Assembly: GCA_030704615.1 (NCBI GenBank)
Contig: CM060734.1
Location: 16,988,001 to 17,052,000 of the forward strand
Direction: 5' to 3'
Source: Takakia lepidozioides
Taxonomy: Eukaryota; Plantae; Bryophyta
Length of the DNA: 64,000 nt
Shown one piece after another: positions 11,492 to 23,620 of this stretch (position 1 is the first letter of the stretch; each line of letters begins with the position of its first letter). The notes below the pieces were generated by a model. It was not told where the DNA came from and ran no database searches. It saw only the letters and a program-made list of their open reading frames with translations. The position numbers and the translations under genes were made by a program.

Positions 11492-14042
11492 GATTTTGGG
11501 AGCGTCGTGGTTTGGGCGATTGTGTGGCTGGAATGCACACTAGAGAGGGGTCACGAATGTCGGGCAGAATTTCCTTTATATACTCTGGAAGAGAATTTAC
11601 ATTTACAGAGACTTCATTAAAATTCTATTAATCTTGAAAATCATCCGAATCCTCATCCTGTTCTAGACTGTCCTGCTCCGCCTCCACCCCCTCAGTGCCT
11701 TTCTCATCTCCAGTGGACTGCTCGTTGGCCAGGCTTTCGAAAATCCCATCTTCCCCTTGCTGAACTGTCCATCTCACCTCCGTTGGGTCCTCTTCCTCCC
11801 TGTCTGCGTCGCTCTCATCCGCTGAATCACATATGTACTTTCGTACCCGTCTACCTGTCTGAGCTGCTGCCAACTCTTTCCTTATCCTTCTGTCCTCCCT
11901 AGCCCTCTCCAAAATCTGCTCTACTTTACTGGGATTCTCACTTCTTCTAATCGCTGTATTTGCGAGTTTAGCTGCATAACTAGGAAGGGAGTAGTCCCTC
12001 ACCGGGCTCGTCATGAAGTCGGCCCTTGCAAAGAACGGGACATTCTTCCTGGCAGGAAGTGTAGGCCCTACATGTTTCGACCCGGACCCTGCAATCCTGC
12101 ACATGACAATCATCAACGAGACTAATGAGAACCACAGTCGGGAAATTCGTTTGACAAAAATGACCCAGAAGGCTTTGCAAACTTACAATGTTTGCACTCA
12201 CTCGTATTCCGGGTTCTCCTCCGCATCAATGTCCAATGTGTCTTCCTCGGACTCCGACGAATCCGAGGAGACTTCCGCTCTGTCGGGAGCCTTAACATTC
12301 CGTTGCAGCCCTTCCAGATGGGATCCCCACACGGATGAATCCTCCTCGTAGGCAAAGAGGTGCCGGTCGGAAAACCGCCCAGCCCACATTGAGGCACCTG
12401 TTACAATGCCATCCACACATTACCACATGGCGCTTCAGATGTTGCGAACTACATCCTAACGAGAATTTGCAGAACAGCATAGATCAAGATTCTGCATACC
12501 TGTCCCACAAATGAGGTCAAGCACTGTGCCCTCCACGTCTGTGCATGTCTCCATAATTGTCTGAATGAAGGCAGGGCTCCGAGTCCGTGAGTACCGCAGG
12601 GGTTCCGTTGAAGTGAGGCTATGAGGGAGAAGTTCCTTGGGAACGTTGTTGAACAGAACGTCGTAATCGAGGGGTCGCAGTTCGGGTCAACCTTTCCTCC
12701 CTCCTTCCGGAAAGCAAAGGTGGAGTTCTCCTTCACAAAGCAGTATGCATCGAACTGCTTCATCTGCATACACAGGGGGGAACGATTAGAAACCGAATGC
12801 GGCACCGCATTTGAAAACACCCAAGCAAATGAATGGACGAGTGCCAGTGTCGTAATCACCTTCTTCCCTTCCGACCGAAGGCCCAGTGTGTTGATGCACG
12901 TCCACTTCTTTTTCAGAATCGGGACGGCGCTCTTGCGGGTCCACTTCGCAATTCCTGTCTGAGTGTTTTTTCCTCTGCTCGCCAGGACAACCACACAGCC
13001 TTTGTCGTCCAACACCATGCGGGCAAGCCCGAATCCTTTCTTCCAAAAGTCCTCCGAGTACCTGTTCCAAGATGGCAAAGCTTGCAGTCCTTCCACAGGC
13101 TCTCCGTCCGGAATATCCAAGATGATCATATCGCAAGACCACTCGGTGGCATTTCCGCCCCTCCTACAATCCTTGTCTGCACACACCCTCTCAAAGAACA
13201 AGACCATATTCTGAAATCCTGGGGTGTCAGAAGGCTCTTCGGCAGTCGCCTTCTTCAGTGCTCTGCCCTTCAGACCCTCCATGGTCTTCATGTATGCCAA
13301 CTTGGCTGCCCGTCCATCCAAAGCCGCCAAGAAACTCTCATTTACACACTGGACTACTGTTTCGGGAGCCACTTTCGGCCTCTTCATTTCCACCGGCTCG
13401 AAAGGGTGCCCCCCTGGGGGGTTGAAGCAACGACGCAATGGCGTGAGCGTTGCACGTGAGTGCGCGAGCGTACGCTCACGCAGGAGTGACGTGGCGTGAG
13501 CCTGCACACACGCTGACGTGGCGTGAGCGTCATGTCAGCATGCTGATGTGGCGGTAAATGATGACATGGCACTGTCCGTCAACTGCCACGTCAGCATTAA
13601 CATGCGCCGCCTATAACCGTGGATGGTCCTATTACCGTGGAATTAATGCAGGGAATCTTGCCTAAATAGAATCAAGACGAGCGTTGAGGCCTACAATTGC
13701 AGCATCCAACATTGTGCAATTACAAATGCTTGTTTCACTTTTACAATTACGAAGACGACAAAATATCCTCACAAAGTGTGCGCCATAAAGGCTGCCACGA
13801 GAAGACTTCCTCCCTCCTCAAATAACAATGAGAATTATGATCATCTTCAAAAGATGATTGTAGTGCATAGCGACAGCAAGACATGTAGACTTCGAACGGT
13901 GCAATGACAAATGTGCACTACCTAAAAGTTGTCACTCAGACCTCACTCCGTATAGAGGCCATATCATTGCACAGCCGACGAATTGATGTGAATTACACAT
14001 TTCAAATCATGGTCATCCACATACCACATTACATAGTTCATG

Positions 14043-17000
14043 CTACCCATGTGTTGTATCCCGCTGCAAAAGAGTATCCACCTCGTTGAAACTCATAGTG
14101 GCCTGGTGAATGAAATTGTCACGTTTGGGATCGCAAACCATCCTCCTCAAAAATATGAAATACAAATGTTTGCAGGGTATGAATTTACCTCTCTTGCCCA
14201 AACTGGTTGATAGCATATTCACAAAATCAGGACATGTGCAATTGGGGAAATTGGAAACCATGATGTCGTAGGTCCTGTCATGAACAGCAGATGTGGAAGT
14301 GATGATTGTGAATACCCGACCATATCCTGGATCGGGTACTTCCGTGGTGCTTCCGACACGAGCTTGGAGCATTCTTGCGGACTCCACTTTGCCAAAGTGT
14401 TCAGCGGTTGGAGGGAAACGCCGAACGAGCTTTCCATCTCGTTTGGTTGGCCACAAGTCAGGATTTGCCGGGGGGACCCGGGAGGACGCAGGAGTAGTAG
14501 CACATGCATGGAGTTGGGGTTGTCTCGCAAGGGAAAAACCTGCCTCCTCCAGCATTTCAATCTCCTGAAAGCTGAGAGGTGTTCCCACCTTCACGGGCCA
14601 AACGGTTGGAGGAGATGGCTTCATCACTACGGAAGGACGCACAGTTCCATGCACACATCTGGCACAATCATCTGCGCAGAACCAGAACTTGTGGTTCTTG
14701 GCTTCTGGTTGACCGTATGGACGCATCAAGCCCGTGAAAGTCGGAGCAGGAGTTCGGGCACCACCTCTGGATATAGATGAAGTGCACTTCTCGAAATTAG
14801 TTGCCCTGATCGCTGTACATTTCACACGAGACCCGACACTTGTGCGTTCTATGTGCCAAACGTGGTCGGGGCATGCGGACTCAAGCACATCAAGGGGGTT
14901 GTTTCTCTCCTGCACCATTTCAGTGGCACGGTTTGATGCTGGAGCTTGCCGTCGTGTTGGAGGTTCCTCCACAATGGAGGTTCCGGACATGGAGCTGTCA
15001 TGCAGGGGAACACGAGGCTTCGAGAAGTTATCACGGTCTGCCCTGTGGGAATCTGAATCCGAACCAGGTGGAGTGTTCAATTTCCTCTTACAGGAGCCGA
15101 ATCTCTCCTCCCTTCAAGATGTGGAACTCTAGAAACAAATGGCGTTCCCTGGGCATACATGCTCACCGCCCGTGCTATCTTGATTGGATCCCCAGATCTG
15201 TTTGCAGCACGCAACATCAACTCCCATTTGTCCGGACCCTTGCCACCAACCCCACCTCGTAAGAAATCACGGTATCGGGTTTGTTGTTGCAAGGCACGTA
15301 TCAAATCATCTGTTGTTGCCATATACAAATCTTGACCTCGTTTCCCAGACTGCTGCAACCATGCATTGTGCACAGTTTCTGCCAAATTGCAAGATGGCAT
15401 GTCCGCCATTTCCTCAATGGACATGTTCTGCAAAGAGGATAACCACACTTCAGAATAGTGCACAGGAAACAACATAAAGAAAGCAATGAGTCAAAAATAT
15501 GGAAAGCAAATGTATGAATAAAGCATGAAATAGAAGCCTCGTACCATTGTCATGGCTGCTCCCCACTGTCTATACCGGAAGTGCCAAAACGCCAGCCAAT
15601 CTTCCAATGCTCTCATACTCTCAAGTGATGCAGCTCCAGAAGAGAACCACCAGGCACGAATTGTCTGGAACAAAGTGTCCGCCTCCTTCATTGTTCTAGC
15701 ATCTTTGTACTCTTTGCACAATTTACGGTGCTGAGTCTGCATCTCTGGTTTGATGTCCGACTTTGTATGTTTTTCCAGAGATTGTGTCCAATGGAATAGA
15801 CATGTACGCTCTCTTCCTGGCATAGGCACTTTTGGGTCGCCCGATCCGAAGACAATACGAATAGCATTGAAATTTGCTTGAGCACTATCCGCCATGAAAC
15901 CTGCGAAATTTGGAGATGGCAGCCCATGGCAGCCCATGACACGTATCAGGGAATTCCACATGAGCTTCTGGGATTCCGTATCCTCGGATTGCATGTCACA
16001 AACTGCAATTGTCATAACTCGTTGGTACACTGGATCGTAGACATGACAAGCCATTGTCGTCCAATCATTCACTCGTTTCACATGATCAAACATAAGAAAA
16101 CAGTTCTGCAAGTCCCCAGTCTTCTGCATCCGCTTCACGAGGCTAACCCCACTGCCCTCCCCAACAGTCGACATTTTGAAAAGAAAAACTTTGATGGCAC
16201 CTTGACCTGGGAATACATTGTCCTGGATGTAATCGTACTTGCTCAGTCGTTTCAATTCCAAAATATTGTCTATGTAGCCTCTGATCCCAGAGCCCATTCT
16301 CAATGCATTGATCTGATGCCGAATGTTAGGTGAACTTAAAGTGGAGAAATGATCCATGACCAGGTCCAATGCTGCACCGTCAAGTTTAGTCCCCACAGAA
16401 TCTCCTTCACTCAAAATATGGCTTTCCAAGAATGACTTGCTTGCGCCAAGAGCAATTGCAGATGTTGTTGCGGATGGGTTTCTCCCGAACTCCTGTTTGA
16501 TCAACCTCGATACTGTCTCAACACTCTCCCTGTAATCCCCCTTCGAGACAGGATGGTTATGGAATCCAAAATGCACACAAGCTCTCGTCATTGTATTCAA
16601 ACGGTGGACAACATAGTACATTCTTGCTCCGCAGAGCGCCAAGCAGGATGGCACAAGTTTGCAGAATTTGCAGACGAAAGTGTTTGCCGGTGGAGAGGCA
16701 GTCCCAGGCTGAAATGGATTCTCCGCCAGACCCTCCCATCGCTTTGATTATGAACACCAGACTGAAGAAAGTGTCTGCAATTCAAATTATCACACCTAAG
16801 GTGTCCATTGCAAACTGTCCTCCTGAAAACAAGCTTGTCATCATTCTAAATATTGGATGTTTTTGTTCTGCACCACGGGTGCCCGTCGTGTTTCTTGTCC
16901 ATTCCATGCATCATGATTGTTACACCTCCAACTCGCGGAGGAGGAGGCAGCTCGAATAGGATATCGCCATCAAAAGTCTCCGGCAAGAACTTCACAGGCA

Positions 17001-17556
17001 CCTGCTTCAAAGATTCCCAATCAATTCCCCGCAACTCACTTTTGAATCCAGCCATTCCTCCCATCGCCCGCAATTTTGGAATGACACTACAAATCTCTTC
17101 TTCATCAGCTTCTGCAGCCACAGTAGGAAGGACTGGATTTGGAATTTCACTTATGTCATCATCGGAAGAATCCGAAAGCTCAACGATTGGAGTGGAGGAA
17201 GTCTGTTCTTTTTTCACCACCACCTCCCTCTTGTCTTCAACGACCGAAGCAGCAGTCCCGGGCGTCACATATGACCCAAGGGACTTTCGCCGAGGCTCTC
17301 CAAGTACTCTGTATCGACCAGGACGCACTCTCCACTGGCTGATATGAGCCGTCTCATCACGGTTTTGGAAAGAATATTTCACCAACTTCCCTTTCAGATC
17401 GTAAACCTCTTTCTCCAAAAAGATGGAGCCATTCTGCAGCTGAAAACGGGTAGCCAAGACATGTTCCAGAACAATTGCAAATCCATTGTCAAGGACTTCC
17501 TGGGAGAACGGCACTGGTTTGTCGTCTGAGAAGAACTCCGCTTCAGAGGAAGCCAT
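14043..17556 (-). pseudogene. Element B MULE-type transposase (GCM-like DBD, DDE, SWIM)
   Basis: HDGHPWCRTKT...CVHFGFHNHP; FLMFDH; GFMADS; CLFHW; NLAETVHNAW; SWIM CTCPDF...CKHLY. Intron 15428-15544. Stop at 16846 and frameshifts. Confidence 0.88.
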
Positions 17557-18407
17557 CTTCCTTCCTCGAGTATGTTTGTACCTTGCTATCGCAGATCTAG
17601 TGTAAATCGGTTTACTGCTGTCTCCAGAACACAGTTGAAGAATGAGCAGAGCATATGGCGGAGGAAGCTCAGATAACGACTGTGCATATTCTGTTATTCA
17701 TTCCAGATATGCAGCCGTCCATTTTAATTACTTTTCTTGTGGGCCCAGTGGTCAGAGAATCCCTAGGGCAGTGTCGGCAACTGTTAAACCGTTAATCAGA
17801 ACCTCATCAATAAACCCAATAACAAAGCCGACTTCCTGGAAGCATGCCACAGGATCTGAGAATGGGATTGCAGATTAAGTAAATGTATCTATATACTACT
17901 ACCAATGATCATGCGCACCTGGAAAGTTCCAAATGTGAAACGAATGTGGGTTTGGATAACAAGGATGACCGTGTATGATATTCCAAAATTTGTCATCAAA
18001 CTCTCGTTCATTTATATTTATTTGTTTAAGACTGCGCATCAATTTCTGGGATTCGCTGTTCTTTTTAAATATTGAACCCGTTATAATAAAGAACACGCCG
18101 TTTTTTTGGGCGGCACACGTCAGACATCCATAACTGAATACGAACAGCTGTACACCAATTGCTGGCATGTGCACTAATAAGGAAACGACTATGTGTAACG
18201 GTCACGCGGGAGGGAATCCGATGCTTCTAGAGACACGCAAGAACACAGGCAATCCCGCAAGAAATCGGGAGTCACTGCGTTTTTCTACTTTTCGCGCTTA
18301 GAGGGAGAGTGGTAGTCAAGCTGGAGAGGGTTCCTTCTAGAATACGAAAGAGAAGAAAGTCTCTTTATTTTACTTCCCTTAGAGAGAGACGCAGAGCAAG
18401 AGAGAAA

Positions 18408-21400
18408 ATGACGAGGCGTCGTTTGTTGGAGAACACAGGGCCAAGGCAGCAGGTGAACGCGGAGACTGATTCACAAGAGCAGACGGAGACTGAGGCAGCG
18501 GCTGCGACACAGTCGGCGATAAGAGTGCGCCAGCCTGTGGAGGCAGAGATGAATCGCAGGGACACTGAAGAAGGTGGAAGCACGCGGAACGCCGAACCTG
18601 AAGAAGGTCAAGAAACCCTTGCGCAGACAAAAACTCCAGCAGATGTGAGAGGGAAGAGGAAAGCTGCAAAAGGGGATCAAATTTCAAAACCTAAGAAGGT
18701 GCCAGTAAGTTTTATCATATAGTCTGTCTGATTGCCTTTCAAGGAGTCCTTCCTCTTCCATTCTTTAGCAGGAACTACTGAATCGCGAGCGTCGTTAACG
18801 CCATTCGATTCTCCTCATGAGATTTATGTACCTATGTGTTTGAAGAGAGAGTCTGCACTTACTATTCTCCCTAAACTACACTGATTGTCGTTGCCGCCAA
18901 TCAGTTGCACATATATGTCATTACACAACACCGATCCGGCAGGTTGTTATCTTTTGTGATTGTCGTTAACGCCGTTCGCTATCGCTCTCGCTTTTGTTTT
19001 GAATACGGCAGTCTCGGCTTTGCATGTGTAGATTGTGCTGAATTCTTTCACACCATTCATGGTGAGTTTCCTTGATACAGAGTGATTGTCGTTACCGCCA
19101 TTCACTATTTGCAAATCACTTAGTCAGAACTGAATGGCATCGTGCAGAAAACTGTGAGGTCGAAGCCTACAGGATCAGAGGGGAAAGGATCTGGAGATGG
19201 GGACGAGTCCGCAAAAAGCTCAGAGAATACAGATGAAGCAGATGAATCCGAAGTGCACTACCTTGACAAGGTGAAAGAACTCATGTCATTCCAGAAGGTA
19301 AACTCTCAGGAGGTTATAAGGGACATGCTCGTATCTGGAGGGCGTCTGGACATACCTCTGTGCCGGATGATATCAATGCCTGTTGTGCGTCCACCTCTTT
19401 CCCATGACATAACAAAATTGGAGAGTGATTTTGTGCATGGATATAGACTTGGTGCACAAGTTTTTTATGTGTCACTGACGGATATAAATGGGAAAAGCAC
19501 ATTAGTTTCTCCAGAGATCAGTGATAACTGGGATGAGTGCTGGAAAGATGCCAATGAGGAGTTCGAGCTGGGCCTCATGATGGGAAAGAACACCCAGCAA
19601 TTTTGCAACCACATGTTCTACGTCTGGGACGGCAACCACCGATTGCTGGCATGGATGGGATACATTCAGAAACACCATTCGAAAGACAAAGACAAGCATG
19701 TTGCTGTGGAGGCAATGGTTTTGGATCCAGGAAACGACATCGCTAGGCTTCTTACAGCTATGCACGACGTGAACAAGTAAGTCATCCAGGAGATTTGATT
19801 CCCTCTGTAGTGTCTTGTTAATCCTCAAAAAACAGTGTTAAGGAATGCAATGTTTCCAATGTTTTTGCAGATCGACAGAGAAATCGCATGTGACAACAAG
19901 CTTGGTTCACACACTATTCCGAATTCAGAGGATTGGTCTGATGAAGCTGGATGATTTTCGGACAGTACTACCACCCAATATCATCAAGAAGTGCGAAACA
20001 GGAAGAGCTGCAGGCACTTGGTATTCTTTGACACGAGAGGCGTTTCTGGAGTACATGTATGCGGTAAGCCCGAGTCTGTAATCTGTTTACTTTTCGAATA
20101 CATGTTTAGAGTCCCTTCGGAGCTAATCACTACTTGAATGAATGCAGCAAGAACTGGCAGAGGCAGCTGAGAAGGGAAAATCCGAATTTACCGCACTACA
20201 CCAGAGGAACTAAGGACATCAAAGGGTGTGGAAGCTGCAATAAAGAAGGAGTTTGAGATGCGAAGAACCAAATTGATGTCAGCCTTCGGAAAGCAGCTTA
20301 GAATAGTAGATCCTGGACTTGGTCCTGAGTTCCTTCAGCAGATCAAAACACACTATGACAAGCATGTGCATCCGGAGATGCAGCAGGAGAAATTGCACCG
20401 GCTGGCCATATCGATGGTCGACCCACAAACAAATAAGGTGGCTGGAGATATGGAACTCAGATCAAACAGTAAAGGACTTGAATCAGTTCCCAAAGAGCAC
20501 CATACAGCCTGGCACAAAGGTGGAAGGAATCAGTGATTTGGTGTTTGATAACTGGCTCCACAAGGCTACATTTTGGAGTCAGGTGTGTATTCGAACATGC
20601 TGTTTCTTCTCTTCAAGTATGTGATGTGTATCTTTTTTGCAATTCTGACAAATATACTATTTGCAGCTCGAAAAAGCGCGCCGTCATTGTGCTGGATCAG
20701 ACTTTGAAGGACCTGAACATTGCGATTGTTTCCCCTCCCCAAATGTCATTGGAGGCATACATAAGGAAGTGGAGAGGTCTCACTTGAGATACTGTTTTTT
20801 CCGGGAGTTCTCCAAAGATGGTAACATTTTACGGTCCAACGACTTTGACAGTCAGGTTGGAGGAGAGTGGGCCATGATGCGAGTTGTGTACAGGTGCAAA
20901 TGTCATACTTGAAACTCTACTGTTTTTTGGGAAAAAATGTGGCTTCATATGGATTGCAATCTTAGATCCAGATTGAATGTCGTTGACGACATTCACTTCT
21001 TTGTCTAAGTCATTCTTAAGCGAGTATATGAATTCACCTGGTTAGGATCTAAGGGTGCAATTATATTGTCCCTGATTAGAATGATAATGTCCTTGAATGG
21101 CGTTGACGACATTCACATACGGAGTTGTTGAGAGGTCCTCAAGGTTATTTAAATTTTTGTAATGTCCATAGAGGTTACAGTGAGGGTTCCTCACTTCATT
21201 TTGCTGAATGTCAATGCAGACATTCAGTTGTTCTGCATTGTTTTTCCTCTTGCGATGAATGTGGAGGCTTGATAAGCTCTGTTTTAAGAAATCCAAAGTG
21301 AATGTCGTTGACGACACACAGCTGTGTCTGTATTATTCAAAAGCGACAAATTCAATTTACATGGATTGGGGAGCTAAGTAATTGGTTTCTTTTTTGTATT

Positions 21401-23620
21401 TTTGTGAATGGCGTTGACGCCATTCACATACAGTGATGTTGTGAGGTCCTCAGTGATAGGTTCGTTATGAATGTGCATTGAGTTTTCCTGGATGGTTCCT
21501 TACTCAATTTTTTTATTTCCATCCTGTGATTTTGCTTCATTTAAGTATTAATTTGGCTTCATTCTTGAATGTCGTTGACGACATTCACTTCTATGTCTGT
21601 GTCATTTCTAATCGTATTTGCATTCACCTGGATTAGATGTATTTACAGTGTCATGGAATGGAATGTCTGAATGGCGTTGACGACATTCATATCTGGAGCA
21701 GTAGTTGTGGTCCTGAAAGGTCCTTGGAGCTGGAAGCAGTTGTCAGAGCCATTTCAATCCATGTTTTATTCTTTCTGTTCTACTTGCATCTTACTCACTG
21801 AGCGCTTTTGTGGGTTGGGATTCATCTCCTTTTTTCAGGTACACGAAAATATGTGCTTATGGAAGGAAATCACCTGAGCGGAATTCCCGACTATCTTGAC
21901 ATGTGGTCGGACCCTGCAAACGATCCAACCATGTATACTGCAGGGATATTGAAGGACTGGAGTCCTTCTCACTTCAGAGACTGTGGGTGGTACCTTGACT
22001 GCCCCTGAGCACACGACCTTTCAAGAACAGCATATGAAATACTTGAACAATAACGCTGAGATGCTGGCGCCTTTGACTGACGAAGAGTATCAACGAAACA
22101 TAGCAACCTTGGCTGCCAAGGAGCCTGATGCTCAGGGAACGCAGCAGAAGGGAAAGAAGGCGGGCCGCAAACCAAAAGACAAGGCTGTTGATGTCATAGC
22201 CATCTCACCAGCAAAGCCAAAGGACAAAGACAAGTCCAAAGAGACGGAAAAGGACAAGGGGAAGGAGAATGAAAAGGAGATGGAGAGTGGGCAGGACTTT
22301 AGTGCTGGAAGATATACCCGCACTCTTCAGTGCGTGTTCGATGCCAAGCCACACCCTTCCCGTTCTGATTCAGCAGAGAGATGAAAATTTCTCCGATCTG
22401 GTGAGAATTCCAGTTCTTTCCTTTCTCTTGAAAGTTTCGTTGGCAGTATTTCAGTCTCGTTCTTTGAAAACATTCTTGCCATCGTTCTTATAAAAAACAT
22501 GTCTGTTGCAGGTGAGCACAGGTCCCACCTTCGTGTGCGGTGTGCAGAAAACTTATGCGGCCGACATTGTCATTCTCGACATCCCGGATGGCCAGGCTGT
22601 GCCAGAAGTTCTTCCAAGGGCAAGACGCCAGGCTGGAACAAATTCGAGGACAACTACTGGAGTTGGGTGTTCGGGTTCTGTAACAATTTCCTCTCTGATG
22701 CAGGGACACTTCTGCTTTTTCAGTCATGTGACAATGATAGTCGTCGGGCATTGGCATCATACCTCAAGTCTTCAGGGTTTGAAGTTTTGCGCACATGGAA
22801 TTGTGTGAACAGCCTCTACCTTGTGAAAGGGGGTTTCCCTGGTCAGCTGGTATGCCGTCTCCCTTCTGCTTGTGCTTTGATCATGAGTTTCAATTTTCTC
22901 TGCAGCTCCACTCTAGTAGAATGTTTTATGATCGACACCGATCATCAACGATTCATGATTTTTTTGTGTCAGAGTTCTGAATAGCCGATGTACACACTTC
23001 CACTTTAGATTGTGTTTACCACACTAACCTGCTATCTTTGGCAGACGAGGATGTTCGAGGCGATCTGCCTGCGGAGGATTCGCACATCAAAGACACCATC
23101 CTCCATCCGCAGCTTTGAGATTTCTGACCAGGGTTGTTTCGTCAACCCCCCCTATGAGCCCCATGTCGATGACATTTTGTACAACTTCATGCAGTCCAGT
23201 CAGACTCTGAAGAGACCAGATGGCACTCCCTGGAGAGGTGCAAAGGAAAAGTCACCAGCATTCATGCAAATACTGCTGGAGTCATGCAGCCACCGCTCTG
23301 CACGGGTGGTCGATCTTTCTGTGTCCACAGGTTCGTTTTTTCCCTTCCGAATTGGTTTCCTTTCAACAGTTTCATCTGCTTAAATCCCCCCCTCCAAACT
23401 GTTCATGTTCTCCTGTCTGGTGCAGGAGCAACTTACCACGCATGCAAGGCAGGCGGAAGAAGCCTTTTTGGCATGGAGGGTGATTCTGACCTCTACAACA
23501 CAGTGCTCCTCCCCCTTTTGTCTGGCTCCACTTCAGGCACACAGACTGATCGGATTCAAATTCGAAATGATGACGATCCCGAAGATAAGCAGGTCGACAA
23601 CGACTTTTCATGTGAGTAAG
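18408..23620 (+). CDS. Element B multi-exon ParB/Srx-like + N6/N4-MTase-like protein (probably partly decayed)
   Basis: GRLDIPLCRMISMPVVRPP...HGYRLG...MFYVWDGNHRLLAW (19142-19777); ADIVILDIPDG (~22560); KEKSPAFMQILLESCSHRSARVVDLSVST|intron|GATYHACKAGGRSLFGMEGD (23240-23490). GT-AG introns; exon boundaries approximate. Confidence 0.8.
18786..21690. repeat. Element B intronic palindromes GAATGKCGTTRACGMCATTC (~10 copies)
   Basis: Copies at 20975, 21095, 21300, 21406, 21567, 21669; degenerate copies at about 18788, 18883, 18958, 19084. All lie in introns of the ParB-MTase gene. Confidence 0.82.

Noticed and set aside
10599-11620. ORFs with KCGAAF / EMRHRIS / GNAAPHF repeats (also 28346-29815)
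   Set aside because: These are translations of the DNA palindrome and appear in all frames on both strands.
12449-13507. Standalone 352-aa gene
   Set aside because: Its N-terminus is element B terminal sequence; the remainder is the 3' part of A's interrupted ParB-MTase gene read through an intron.
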